A DNA stretch of 43,737 nucleotides from Catajapyx aquilonaris (Eukaryota), in assembly GCA_000934665.2 (NCBI GenBank), contig KZ538862.1, forward strand, positions 1 to 43,737. The letters run 5' to 3'. The notes beneath the pieces were generated by a model. The model did not search any database. It was not told the DNA's origin and saw nothing but the letters and a program-made list of their open reading frames with translations. Made by a program: the position numbers and the translations under genes. Within the stretch, counting starts at the first letter, position 1. Each line of letters starts with the position of its first letter. Positions 11,046-30,700 of this stretch are shown in pieces.

Positions 11046-13818
11046 TATTCCCATCACGTATGCTTAAACTGGGCTCATTACCCGGTGTATTGGGGTGGAA
11101 AGGTTATCCCTCCCCAGCACTTCAAAAGCCGAATAAGGATCCCTCCCATAATAACGTACACTGTATATAGTGTCTCTCTCTTCCACTCCCCCTCAGCATC
11201 GATTGATCTTGTCACAAATCATACAACGACATCCATCTATATAAATAGTGCAGAGCGTGCATGTGTACCCATCAGCAGAATGGTATGAAATTAGTCGGTC
11301 GCTGTCCTGTCAGCAACACAATGGGTTTTCGACCTGAAAAATTTAATAGGCATATATAACCCCGTGCGTGATTGCCCACTTTTCATCCGGAAATAAGCTA
11401 CACCGGAGATTAGTTCCACGTCACAGATTCTCACTGACAAGTTCCTGTCATCACCGCGTGTGTCCGTTAGATAGAGAGAGAGAAAAAGGCTGCAACAATT
11501 GAAGGGCTTGGCAGTTTTTTTCCCCCAATTTGGTAAAATAGCTGCTTCTAAATAGTGTCCTGCGACATTTTTGCATGTCTCTGAATGACTCTTTATTGAG
11601 TCATGGGCGAGCTACGGTGGCACCTTCTGCATCCCCGCGTCATTAGTCGCGCAGCTCTAATCCTCTTTGCCCTCCCTTGTTTTCCAACCTACAGGAGAGA
11701 TAACCAGCAAAAAATAATATAACAACAAGAGAGTTTCTGTTGCCGACGCCATGACTGCTCCTGATTTGCGTTTTGGTGATGGGGGGAAGCCCTTTTCTCT
11801 CCCCCTCTTCGAATATAATAATACAAGAAGCCCGTTGTCTTCGCTAAGCTCGGAAGTCAGTCCGCCAATTAAACGGGACTACAAAGACAATTTAAAATAA
11901 CGAGCGTCCCTGATAAGATCAACTGGCTGCGACCACACAGACGGTAAAGCCTGTGGGGGAGCCCAGAAGAAAACTCAGAAGCACACTCGGGGTATAATAT
12001 AGAACAACCCCCACAAGTTTTCACAGATCGTGTTTCCATCAGCTAGTGGAATATGCAGATTTTCCTGCAGCTTCCTTGTTGCAGCCTCATTAGTTGGTCT
12101 GTGGGTGCGTATAAATATAGGATGGAAAGGCACGTCTAATGGCGCCTTTCCGGACTTGGTGTGCTGGCAAGTTTGGAACAGGCTCGTTTGTTATACCCGC
12201 GGCTGCTGCACAGAGATGACATTTTGATTTGAGGAGGTCGCGACTGATGATGAAAGTCCCAACAGACAGGGCGAGGATTGCGTAAAAATTTGGATGGTGT
12301 TTTGCAAAATTAGCAGAAATTGTGCCAAATATGCTTTAAATTTGGATTGTAAAAATTCGTGCAAAATATTTGGCAGACCATGCGGAAAAACGGGGACTGC
12401 AACAAATGTTGTGGCCTCTTGAAGAAGTCCCTTTTTTATGATGTCAACCTGCACAATGAAAAGGACCTAAATTTACTCCCCTTCCGAACCACCCTCCCCA
12501 CCATCCTCCCCCAAACAAAATGTATCGACCTAAAAGAGCAATGGCAACCAAGCTAAGCCCCTCGCTATTTTGGTGTTTGGGAGGGTATTTTAGCTTTCGG
12601 CGGCTCAGCCTTTTTTTGTGAGGGGTGGGGTAGTGTGGGTGAAAGTCAATCGTGTCCTTCAAAAGCCTACAGAGAGGCCTGGGGTTGACGGGGACAACCG
12701 GGCGAAATTAACGAGATTTTCCAGCTTAGCTCCCAGTTGGGGGAAAACCTAAAACCCAAACAATGCAAGTTTTTTTTAGCTCTCCAAGGGTATGATCCTC
12801 AGTCCATTTACGGCGGCTCATTGTGCATGTTATGAACCCAATCAGAGTGCTTTGAATATTATTTACATCCATATTTCATATGCACTCGGAAGGATACGTG
12901 ACTTGTGCGACGGCATATGTGTGTAGCAATATAATACGTAACTGCAAACAATCAATCCGGCTGGACTTGCTACGTGAAGAAAAGTCCAGCTAGTTAAAAT
13001 GCATAGAGTATTAAATTTTGAGTGGATTATTGGTAGGTTCTTATTGTAGTCCTAAACGGGTTCTTTTCCTGGTTTTATTCTGAACAAAAGCATGATGACC
13101 GTGTCCCTTTTTAAAGGAACGGACAGAAAAGCAATTGGGAGTTGATCGATGGATATACCGGATATGTATAAACCCGCTTCCCGATTAATCCAGGCAAAGT
13201 GCATGCTTTTGGCGACCCCGAAGTTTGACATGTAAGGGACCCACCTGAATACATGCATGTATAAAAATCGTGGGCCATTGCATCACAGAGTATACGGTTT
13301 TTTGGAGGAAAAAGGGGGGCAGGGTCCGTAAGAGTGGACAGGTAAGTTTTCTAGTTGGGGGGTCTCAGCCATGCGTTTAATCCTTCCTTCACAAAATGTG
13401 AGTGGCGGCAATTTCTGTGGGACCTGCCGACAGGGAATGCCCGGAATGCTTCGAGTCTCGAGCAGTTTTCTGGCGGTCGAGTTTTTCACACGGAAAGCGT
13501 CCGAGTGTGATAATTCAATCGGTTTGAAAGCCGTTCACGCCGACTATGTGAAACCAATCGGGAAAGAAATGGCGCTCACTTCCACCCCCTCCCCCCCCCC
13601 CCTGTACCTGTTTCCTGCTGTAGAAAAGTTTACACTGACTCATATATGAACTTTTTTTTTCAATCGCGAATTTAATTTGAAATTACAACTACAGTATAGT
13701 AGTATAGACTGCTCTCAAAACAATTATAATGATTTTTAACTCTAAATTTTAGTGCCTCACAGACGAAAAGTCCTCTTTTGACGACCAGGTATTCATCATG
13801 TCCTATAACATTTCCTTT

Positions 13819-14043
13819 CCTTACCTAATCTTACCTTATACCTTACCTAATCTTACTTTATACCTTACCTTATAGGCTACCTTACCTAATCTTACCTTAT
13901 ACCTAATCTTACCTTATACCTTACCTTACATTACCTTACCTTACATTACCTTACCTTATACCTAATCTTACCTTACATTACCTTACCTTACATTACCTTA
14001 CCTTACATTACCTTACCTTACATTACCTTACCTTACCTTACCT
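13819..14043. repeat. (CCTTA)n-based satellite with higher-order units
   Basis: CCTTA pentamers with CCTAA, TCTTA and CATTA variants. The left part is built on CCTTACCTAATCTTACCTTATA, the right part on CCTTACCTTACATTA. Confidence 0.95.
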
Positions 14044-17000
14044 CAAATTTGACAGTTCATAGCTAGAAACAATTTACGATGCCATTTCAGCTGACAATGT
14101 TTCAGGGTAATATATTTTATAACAATGAACATCATCAAAGTCACAAAGGATGCTGATATTGTAGCCTTATAAAATTTCTGTTAAATATTCAGTTTGGCTC
14201 GGCGGTCGGGTCATGTCTAGGGTGCGATCTGTGAAATTAAATGGCGGCATAAGCCGCTTGTTCGTGGGCAAATTCGTGCTCTTGACACGTCGGGACCGGT
14301 CGGGAGGTGGTGGCGGCACGAAAACGAAAACCCCCGAGCAGATTGGTTAATATTGTCCACGATTAAGGATGGTGAATTTGCGCTGAATGGCCTTTTAAAC
14401 GTTTAAACCATCTGCTTGGGGGTCATACAAGAGAAAAATGGGATCCCGATTGGGTCCCGCAGCACCTGGGAAAGCCTATTATTGACAAGTATCCCTGTGA
14501 GGAAATGAATTTTCCATGCATGGTTTCTCCCCCCTTTTTCCATTGTCCGGATACACTACCTTTTTTTCCATTACTCACTCCGTAGCACATGATATTCCTG
14601 AATATCCGTAACACTAATTCGACCTGAAAGGAAGCGCGTGAGAGAACTTATAGGGGGTGCTTCCCTTCCTTACCATCACATATAAATTTTTTTCCTGGTT
14701 GTTGTTTTTGTTTTTATCCAAACGCCAAACTGGAAAACTTTGAAGGGAGATTAGCCGTGAGTAATTAGCTGGAACAGAGCCCAATCCACCCGCACCCACT
14801 AAAAGTTTGATGGCGGGGTTGCCAGGCGTCCATCACCTGCCCATCAAAGCTTAATTCCTCTTCCACGACCCCGTACCGCGGCAGACATGTAAGCGCAGTA
14901 CGGCGATTTACAAGTACAAACCGCTGGGATGTAGGCTAATTACACCCTTGGAGAGCACGTTCTTCATGTCGGCACAGATAATTGACTTGGGATCGTTCAC
15001 ACCAATTCAGAACACTGCCCCGATCGAACCCTGAGTGTAGAGTGTGAATAGGATCATCAACTGCGACCGATATTGGTCGACACAATAGGTGGCAGCACTT
15101 TCGCACGTACGAGCACGGTGCTGCCATCTGTGCGTTCGATAATGGGCTACCATATGCCGGCATGCGATGGCAGGAAATGTTAATATCTGGCATCCAAATT
15201 TACATTAGTTGGATACACACAAAACTGGGTTATTTTTACTCCCAAAAAGCGGAAAAAGATTTAGAAATAAGGAAAGGGAATAAAAAAATACAACTCAAGC
15301 TGTATATGGAGATTGGAAACACAACTCACGTCGCCTGATAATAATTACACGGAGCTCACCTGCCCTTCCAGTCGTGCAAGGGGACGGATTGAGCAGCTTA
15401 TATTGCCAGGAAAAAGCATGGACATAAAAAACAGGTACATATAACCAGTTCACTCAATTTGCATCCATTATCCGCTGCTCCAAAACTAGTTACAAAATTG
15501 GAACAATTTTTTTCTTCTCTTTCTCTCATCGACGTATGAAAGGGTAGCACAAATAGAATCAGGCGCTTAAATAATAATAGGGGGCTAGTTCTATATTTTT
15601 TTCTGATGACTCTTAAGCGCTTATGTGGAATTGGGATGGGCAGGAACAACAACAACAACAAAAAATGATATGAGCAGGCCGTGTCTGGACTTCCCTCCAA
15701 TTAGAAATGACTTGAACAGCTGTCAGCCCAGGCGTATTTCAGATTTTCATTACAATAATTTAAGGCACCAGTTTAGACGGCGTTTTTCCTCATAAATATG
15801 CTACTGGAAAATTAGAGGTTTAAATCACAAATGGCTGCCAGGTTGGACAGCCACCTTTAATGAGCTCTAATTATTCCCAATTACCAGATTCACAGCGTCG
15901 GTCACTGATCACAGCGTTTAAGGCACCCCAACGCCTCATAAGTATAGAGTACGCTCCGTCCGACCAATTTAACACTAATGAAATAATTTAAAATCCCATC
16001 TGGTGCCCACTTTTTAATATTTTTTTTTTCAACAAATTTTTTTCATGCCCTCAGCCTTTTTCTTAGTATATATATGGACATCGCATAGCATGAGAGAAAT
16101 GGATTGTATCTTTAATTTTGGATATGGGCAAAATGCAGGGGTTGGGGGCTTCCAGATGCGTTTTGGAGAGAGCAGGCCACTAACCATGGAAATGAGACTA
16201 ATCTATGACCGCAACCGCAAATGGCTTCCGACATAATGACTCAATTATTCCCAATCTGAAAGAGGGAAGAGCGACTTTCATGCAGCAAATTGGGTGAGGT
16301 TCTATATCCCCAGGAAAGGTGAACCCACTCACTCTCTAGAAAACCCAGGCCTCTGCTCCCTTCCTCCCCCTCCAGAAGAAAAAAAAACTTTTTCTGATAG
16401 GAGGGGTTGGTGCTATTGAAGGAAAAATATCGATGGATTTCACCTCCGGTATAGTCATGATGGGGGGGAAGTTCAACGGCACTTTCGCCCTCTCCCTTAG
16501 ATTTTTATTTATATCCGGAAAAATTACCCTGGGTTTTGTTATGCAGGGTTGTCACGCTCATGTTTTCATGCTCGTTTGAGGAGTTATCAAATATGTAAGT
16601 GATTTTCTCATTGGTCGATGACTGAGACTTGTTAGTGAGCACGTTTTTGGCTTTGATAAGAGCTGAGCACTAAACTGTTTATGTCCGTGAAGATATACAC
16701 ATTGCTTGAATTTTTGATCATTATTTGTTGCACTTTGCTGTATAATAATGTCCTCCAGCATGTAATTGAAGCTCTGATGACGTCCAATACCACTAATCCC
16801 AGTGTAATCTTGCCTTCTTTGGCTCGTTCAACGTCACCTTTACAAAAAGGCCGAGCGAGGGAATAAAAAGGCGCACCTTTATTGTGAATAAGCTTTGTGG
16901 GGATCGGTCAAGGCTCAGCCGGACTCTCGCCCAGCAAGAGAGGGTCCAACGTAAATGGGTTGACATTCCTTTTTGTATAAACAGAACGGAAATACTGCTG

Positions 17001-18129
17001 CAATCGATAGTGGCGACATATGGTAATAAACGTATGGAGTAGAAATAAAAATAAGCCACATCGTAAAATTAATAACAGGTCTACCTTCAGTTGTATACAC
17101 ACGATTACTATGTTCTCTTAGTGACACACTTGCCCTAATGGGCCTAATCCCATATTTTAAAAATTGGTCCAAGACCTATATAAACAAATCCTGTCAACTA
17201 CTTAACATTATCTACCCCACTGGATAAAGTTATTAAATTAAACAGTCTTGGAATATGATTGTAAGCTTAAGTAGTCACGAGTTAACTAAAATTTAACCTT
17301 ATCAGGGCGTCCTAATCACGGAGGTCCTAATTTCCCCCCCCCCCCCCTGTTCTTTGTTATCGTCTGGAAGATTGGGGATAATCCCTGGTGAAGGTCAAGG
17401 GCATTGTTGGCTTGTCGAAGAATGCGACCAGGAAGCGCCTGAAATAGACGCAGACAGATTAGAAGTGGGCCATATTTCGCCACCCCGACCAAATTTCCCC
17501 AAATCCTTACCTGTCTGGCGCCAGTGTAATTGTGCTGGCTCGACTGACGCTTAACTGCGCGCGAATTTATCAACAATGCAGATATACAAATAAGTTTACC
17601 AGTTACATGATCAAGACCTGCTGGGTGTGTGGTGCATGCATATACATTTGTGCTGTTCGTGGTTTGAGGGTTTATTACGTATATTAATTGTCGGTTGTAT
17701 ACGGATTCAAATTAAGGATAAAACTTAACATTATGTATTTAGTTGTATGTTGTGAATAGCAATGTTCCAGCCCGCATATCCTTTCCTGGTGCATTGCGCC
17801 TAACACACACCATCAGCCAGAAGTCATTTGACTTCCCGACACGTTTGAAAGCAGCTGAAGTGCACCGGGGCTTTTTATTTCTGAACCTCAATTTCTCAGC
17901 GAGCTTTCCCCCCAAAACCCCCGTGTTCCTTCGACCCTCAGGTTGGGGAAAGAAAATCTCCTGTCGCCCGAGAAGCGACAGCACACACTTGTATCCCTTT
18001 CCCCCCCTCTTTCCAAAAATCCAGACACTTTGCATGTGGAGTCCCCTGTACACACACATATAAGTTATACAGCCCCCTCGGGACAGAAAGCGAGAAAGAT
18101 GTTTCACGCTTGATCGGTGTTAATAGATC

Positions 18130-18336
18130 GCTTTCGCGCCGCGTCTGATTTATAGCGAGCGATATACCCAGAGCCCGCCATCGGATTGGTCCATCCCTCC
18201 AGCGTCGCGCACGCCCCTCGCCGCTTAGCCCCGCCTCGCAGCCCCGCGCTTTGGGCCCCCTACATTTTGGGGCAGCTCAGTGAATGGCCGGAGCCGGGCC
18301 GGAGCGGTAGTGCCTGCTGGTATTATCAACTCTCGA
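18130..18336 (+). promoter_or_regulatory. Putative Msx proximal promoter / 5' UTR (CpG-rich)
   Basis: Sharp rise in GC and CpG content. Contains TGATTTAT (Pbx-Hox-like, 18146..18153), reverse CCAAT box ATTGG (18185..18189), GC-box-like CCCCGCCT (18229..18236) and Inr-like TCAGT (18277..18281). The TSS cannot be determined from sequence. Confidence 0.55.
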
Positions 18337-18784
18337 ATGTTAGGACCGGCCATGACTGTGCACCATCACGAGATGCCTGGTCTGGACAGGGACAACTCGA
18401 CGCCACCGGACGAGCCTCCTGCGCCGCCAGAAGCGGAATCTCCGGCGCCCAGCAAGAAAGCGGTCATCTCGTTCAGCGTCGCGTCGCTTCTGGCCGACAC
18501 CAAGAAGGAGGACACGTCCGACGAGAGCAGGCCAGTGTCGCCACACAGTTGCTGCTCGGACAGTGAGATCAGTGTGTTGGGGACGCCGCCCCGGGGGGAG
18601 GATGAGGAGGACCTGAGGGCCTCCCCGGGGCGGTCTGCCCCTCTGACTCCGGTCAGGCCCACCCCGTTCGCCCTCACTCCCGCCGCCTACTCCGGCCTGC
18701 AACCCCCGGTCTGGCCAGGGCTCGGCTTCGGACCCTTCGCAGCTCCTGGAGGATACCCTGGGCACCTGCACGGCAAACCGCACG
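18337..18784 (+). CDS. Msx: Msx/msh homeobox transcription factor, coding exon 1
   Basis: GC-rich ORF encoding MLGPAMTVHHHEMPG...ISFSVASLLAD...HGKPH. It has an eh1/Groucho-binding motif FSVASLL (18472..18492) and ends at a consensus donor CACG|GTAAGA in phase 1. First in-frame ATG is 18337; the ATG at 18352 has better Kozak context (GCCATG), so the true start is uncertain. Confidence 0.9.
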
Positions 18785-26457
<7,673 letters not shown>

Positions 26458-27760
26458 GACAGCCATACCTGCGCGACCACAACACAACAAAGTTTTTCGC
26501 TGCCAAATGTTTCACCCGCGCTTCGCAACTGTATTAAGTTATTTTATCTTCACGACACATAGGACCAGATGCTGGACATTGTCATCCGTTTTTTTTTATT
26601 TCTTATTTTGTCTGTGATTAAATCTCAAGGGTGCCAAGTGTTCATTAACAAAAAAGAAAGCATCGGGAGGACAAAAATTAGGCTGTTCTTAGATTGGACT
26701 GTCAGGGAAGCAGAGGTGGCCTGGAGAAAGAGCGAGATGTGTCTGCAATAACACCTGTCAATAATAAAATGAGGAGCAAATTCAAGCATTATTCACATAT
26801 TGTATCAACACAAATTAAGGAAATAATCGATTGTGTATAGGAATTCACATAGTAAATAATCCGACATAATTGGAGATTTTCTCCTTAATTTGTGTTGATA
26901 CAACCGGTCCACAGTAGCTTGACGTGTTCTGTTCCATTCCACCTATGCTTCTCCTCTAATCCAAGAACAGCCCACAAAAGTTAGCTGTTTGTGTTCCATG
27001 AAGACATTAGCTTGTCACTGGATGGGTTTCGGTTGGCACACGATCGATGGGGAATTAGTCACGCTGTGACAAACAATTAACACGCACAAAATGGATATGA
27101 TTAGATAGGGGAAGGAACAAAAAAGAAAAGAAAAGAGTGATGATGAATAGCCATTGGTAACTTTTTTTTTTTTGCGCAAGACTCTGGCGTCGCAGTATGT
27201 CGCATGAAAGTACATCACCTTGATGTGCTTTCGTGCCGTGGGTTTATTAATTGCATTTCGAAATTGGGGTTGGCTGATTACTCAATAAGGGTCTAAAGAG
27301 CAGCTGCTTGCCCAGTCAAGGTGCTGTGATGACTGGTTACAACAGGAATAGGGGGGGTGTCATGAAACATTACAATGTTACACAGTATAACTCTCTACCA
27401 AGATGATGTAATTCCCACTCTACCACTCTCGTGTTTTGTGTCTTGTATAGGCTTAAGTGCAATTCCTAATTTCTTCCCCATACCCTCCATTATCAGGTGA
27501 TCGAGCAAAAATGTATCCATCGGTAGACATATCCCCCAATTGTTAGCTCCGTTATCGCCATGCTTTAGCTCCGAACATGCAACACACGCACTTGTTTATA
27601 CCGCATGTAAATAATAAACAAAAAAGTGTAATTGTGATGATTGTACAGATAGTTGTAAACATGTATCCGGTACATATTATATAGAAATGATTACAAAAAA
27701 AGAGAGGACCGTAATGTTTAATATAAGACTGATGGTAATAAATCAGCACACAAGGAAGGA
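26458..27760 (+). other. Putative Msx 3' UTR with candidate poly(A) signals
   Basis: AATAAA at 26763, 27613 and 27737. A TGTA-rich block at about 27600..27680 resembles a distal UTR end. The real 3' end is inferred. Confidence 0.45.
26800..26903. repeat. Inverted repeat downstream of the Msx stop (22-bp perfect arms)
   Basis: TTGTATCAACACAAATTAAGGA (26800..26821) / TCCTTAATTTGTGTTGATACAA (26882..26903), extendable inward to 27/29 matches. Confidence 0.9.
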
Positions 27761-30700
27761 TGAATAGCTCACTCTGTATTATCGCTCAATACAAACCACC
27801 CTATGCCTACACCCCCTCTGTGCATCCGAACACGTCGGACACATTATGGACTCACCGATGTCACTCTCTTATTGGAAAGATAAGCCACCGTTAATTACAT
27901 TTCGGATCGATAACCTTGCGGACAAAGCGCGCATCAAGTGCGCTTGAAACAGATGTTGAATGCCAATGTGATGGGCCCGGCCTGAAAAGCACACCCAGGA
28001 TAATAATAGGAGGCGCATCTCCAATGGCGTACACCAGAGGGGTGTGCTTTTTGGTGCTGGGGAAGAGGAGAGGTGGGGGGCTATACACACACAAAATATT
28101 TGGTAAAAAAAAAAAATCCCCCCAATTTTCCCCCAGCATTGTTTCGCACATGCAAAGGGAGAGAGAGGGGTGAACCTGTATAATTTTCCCGTGGCATGCA
28201 GTCAGGCTGCACACAGTGGAGGTGGGAAATCAATACCACGTTTCTCTAACGTGTGATTCTTCGCCAAAAAAAAAGAGAAGGGGGGGGGGACTATCAGATT
28301 GAAAAGCAGCGTTTACTGCAAACCTACTATAGGCTACAACCCAAATAGATCATCTCTCAGACCCCAGACTGGTTATATTTGTCACGAGAAATCCCATTGA
28401 TCGCATCAGTTTGTTTTTAATCATGTAGGCGTCTGCACGGACTTGGGACAGACTTCAGCAATATGGTCTTTATTTGTTTGTCATAAATGCTTGCCTTTAA
28501 TGTACCATAAGCATTGTAACAATAGAATCAGCCATCGATGTGGGTCATGAGATCATTCTAGCTTTCTCAGCCAAGCCCAACCTTCGCAGAAATAGTTCGA
28601 TCATTATGTTGACAACCAATTAGTACAGGGACAGTGTACTAAAGTGTATCCCAGCACTGACAGGGTTGCAACCTGCGTATAATCACACCTACATCACAGT
28701 TGTAAAAGTTGACAGGAACAAATCTCGAAGAAAAAAAAGGGGGGCTGAAGGCACCTGCAGGGCATACTCACACCTTCATATGAACCGTGTAATGAGGACC
28801 TGCTTCTCCGCAAATATTGTTTTGGTTCCCATACCGCCTTGTTGGAGAGCCTACAAAAAAAATATTTTTCCCAATTGGTTTTTGGACAAGGTTGAAAAAA
28901 AAGGTGGGCTGTGGGGGTATAGAAAAGTACAGCAAGATGGAGGGTCCTCGATGGTAGCGATAGGGAACTCTGGAAAAGGGATGGGCGGAACCTAGCCTTT
29001 TTGGAAAAGGGGGGGGGGGAGCCCCCGTGCGTATAATTAAGCCCATGGGTTAAGGAAGAATTGTTTCTTCCGTCGACCATACACATTCTCCAATGGCTGC
29101 ACGTCAAGACACGGGGGACAGTAATTGCTTAATTAATATTAAAAAGGGTTATCACAGGGGCCTACTGGAATAGTCCCTCTCTACGACTGATGAATGCAAG
29201 GAATACGTAACATAATGGGGGTTTTATTGGAACAAAGTTGCCGGGGCCAGGTAGGCAATGCATTCGTAAGTAAGGCGGCAGACGGGTTCATTACCAGCCA
29301 TAATTATGCTGGGGGCCCTCATAATTTTTGTGTGTTAAAGAAGCATAAACGTACTGCAAATAAGGACTGGCCATTTCCTGTGCAAGTCCTGGTTACAAAC
29401 GAATGTAATTTTTTTTTCTTCTTCCAAAAAGTTTTGCAGCGAGCGGCGGCGCCTTGGGCTCGACTCGGGTCATTTTCCATGCGTAAAGAGTATGCATGCA
29501 CTTGCGCATTTATTCATGACGCGGCTGACTAACCGGGAAGAATAGCCAACAAGTCCGTTGACTCTTCATTAAATTTTAGACCTGTTTCTGGAGGGGGGTC
29601 AGCCGAGATTCAGTCGATGACACGGTAGCAAGAAAAAGGTGGAATCGAGTATCAGATGGGCGGTCCGGATAAAGTAATATTATACGGCATCATTGCTGGG
29701 AATTGGCAGCGTCACGTGGATCTTATTGCTGCCTGATTTATTTAGAGGCTGTTTCATTTTTGTAAAATTATACACAAGCAATATGGCCTGGTCCATTTTT
29801 GCTATAAGAAGGCGAAGGCATCACCAACAAATGTTATGAATTCTGGAGCGATTAATGGGCTGCCTGTACCAGTAACCATATCGTTACAGTAACCAGTAAG
29901 GTAATAATTTCTTGAACACACTGCCTGAGGTGCGTCATATGCGGAAGAATCCAACCGTGGAAAAGTTAGCAGACAATATTACGGCCCTACCCAGCTGGCC
30001 CCGGGGGACTTGCAAAGTATGCACTCCTCAGGTTACATTTTTAGCATGATAAAAATTTCGCATTTAAAAAAACAAGAAGATGCCGAGATGACGACACATC
30101 CTTTGACCGTGACTTAGCCCCACATTATTTTTCATTCTGTTAGCTCCAACTTTTAGAACCAGCTGGGTGTGACCTGAATAACAACTGCAGCCCACATTAG
30201 CATACCTTTTTTTTGTTGCTCCGAGGCAGTGTTATATATCAGAAACGTATGCGGTAGTACTAATTACACACTGGTACATATCTCCAGATTCTGTAACCCG
30301 GAGACAATGCATGTCTGAACGCAGTATCTATCTTAATTACCCCCCAGATGCTGTGTGTGCGTTGGAGGAAAAGACCAAGCCGTTTTCCTATATAGCAAAT
30401 GATATCTTATTCTTTCAGCAAGGTCAAGTGCAGCAGGAAATTTGTAATCCAGATAGGAATTTATCTATGGAACGGCTCAGCAGACACGGAGTACAAATTG
30501 CCCATCGGCGTGAAATGTGCGGAAACTGCCATAGTTAGCCGGGGCCAGTCCTGCAAGATTTCTTGGCAACTCAGTGACAAACCGCAATAACGAATCACCT
30601 ATTTCCACTCACTATCGCCAGACAGTAATTACAAGAAATTGCCCAGCCATTTCCTATTGGGCAATTATGAAGCGCTAAAGAATTAGCCTCCCTCTAGGGA

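Noticed and set aside
13819..14043. Tandem array as a possible CRISPR array
   Set aside because: Contiguous pentamers with no unique spacers, no cas genes, eukaryotic context.
17500..18160. Canonical Mad/Medea/Schnurri BMP element GRCGNC-N5-GTCT near the promoter
   Set aside because: GC-rich and GTCTG motifs occur (17513, 18143) but not at the required spacing. The by-eye search was not exhaustive.
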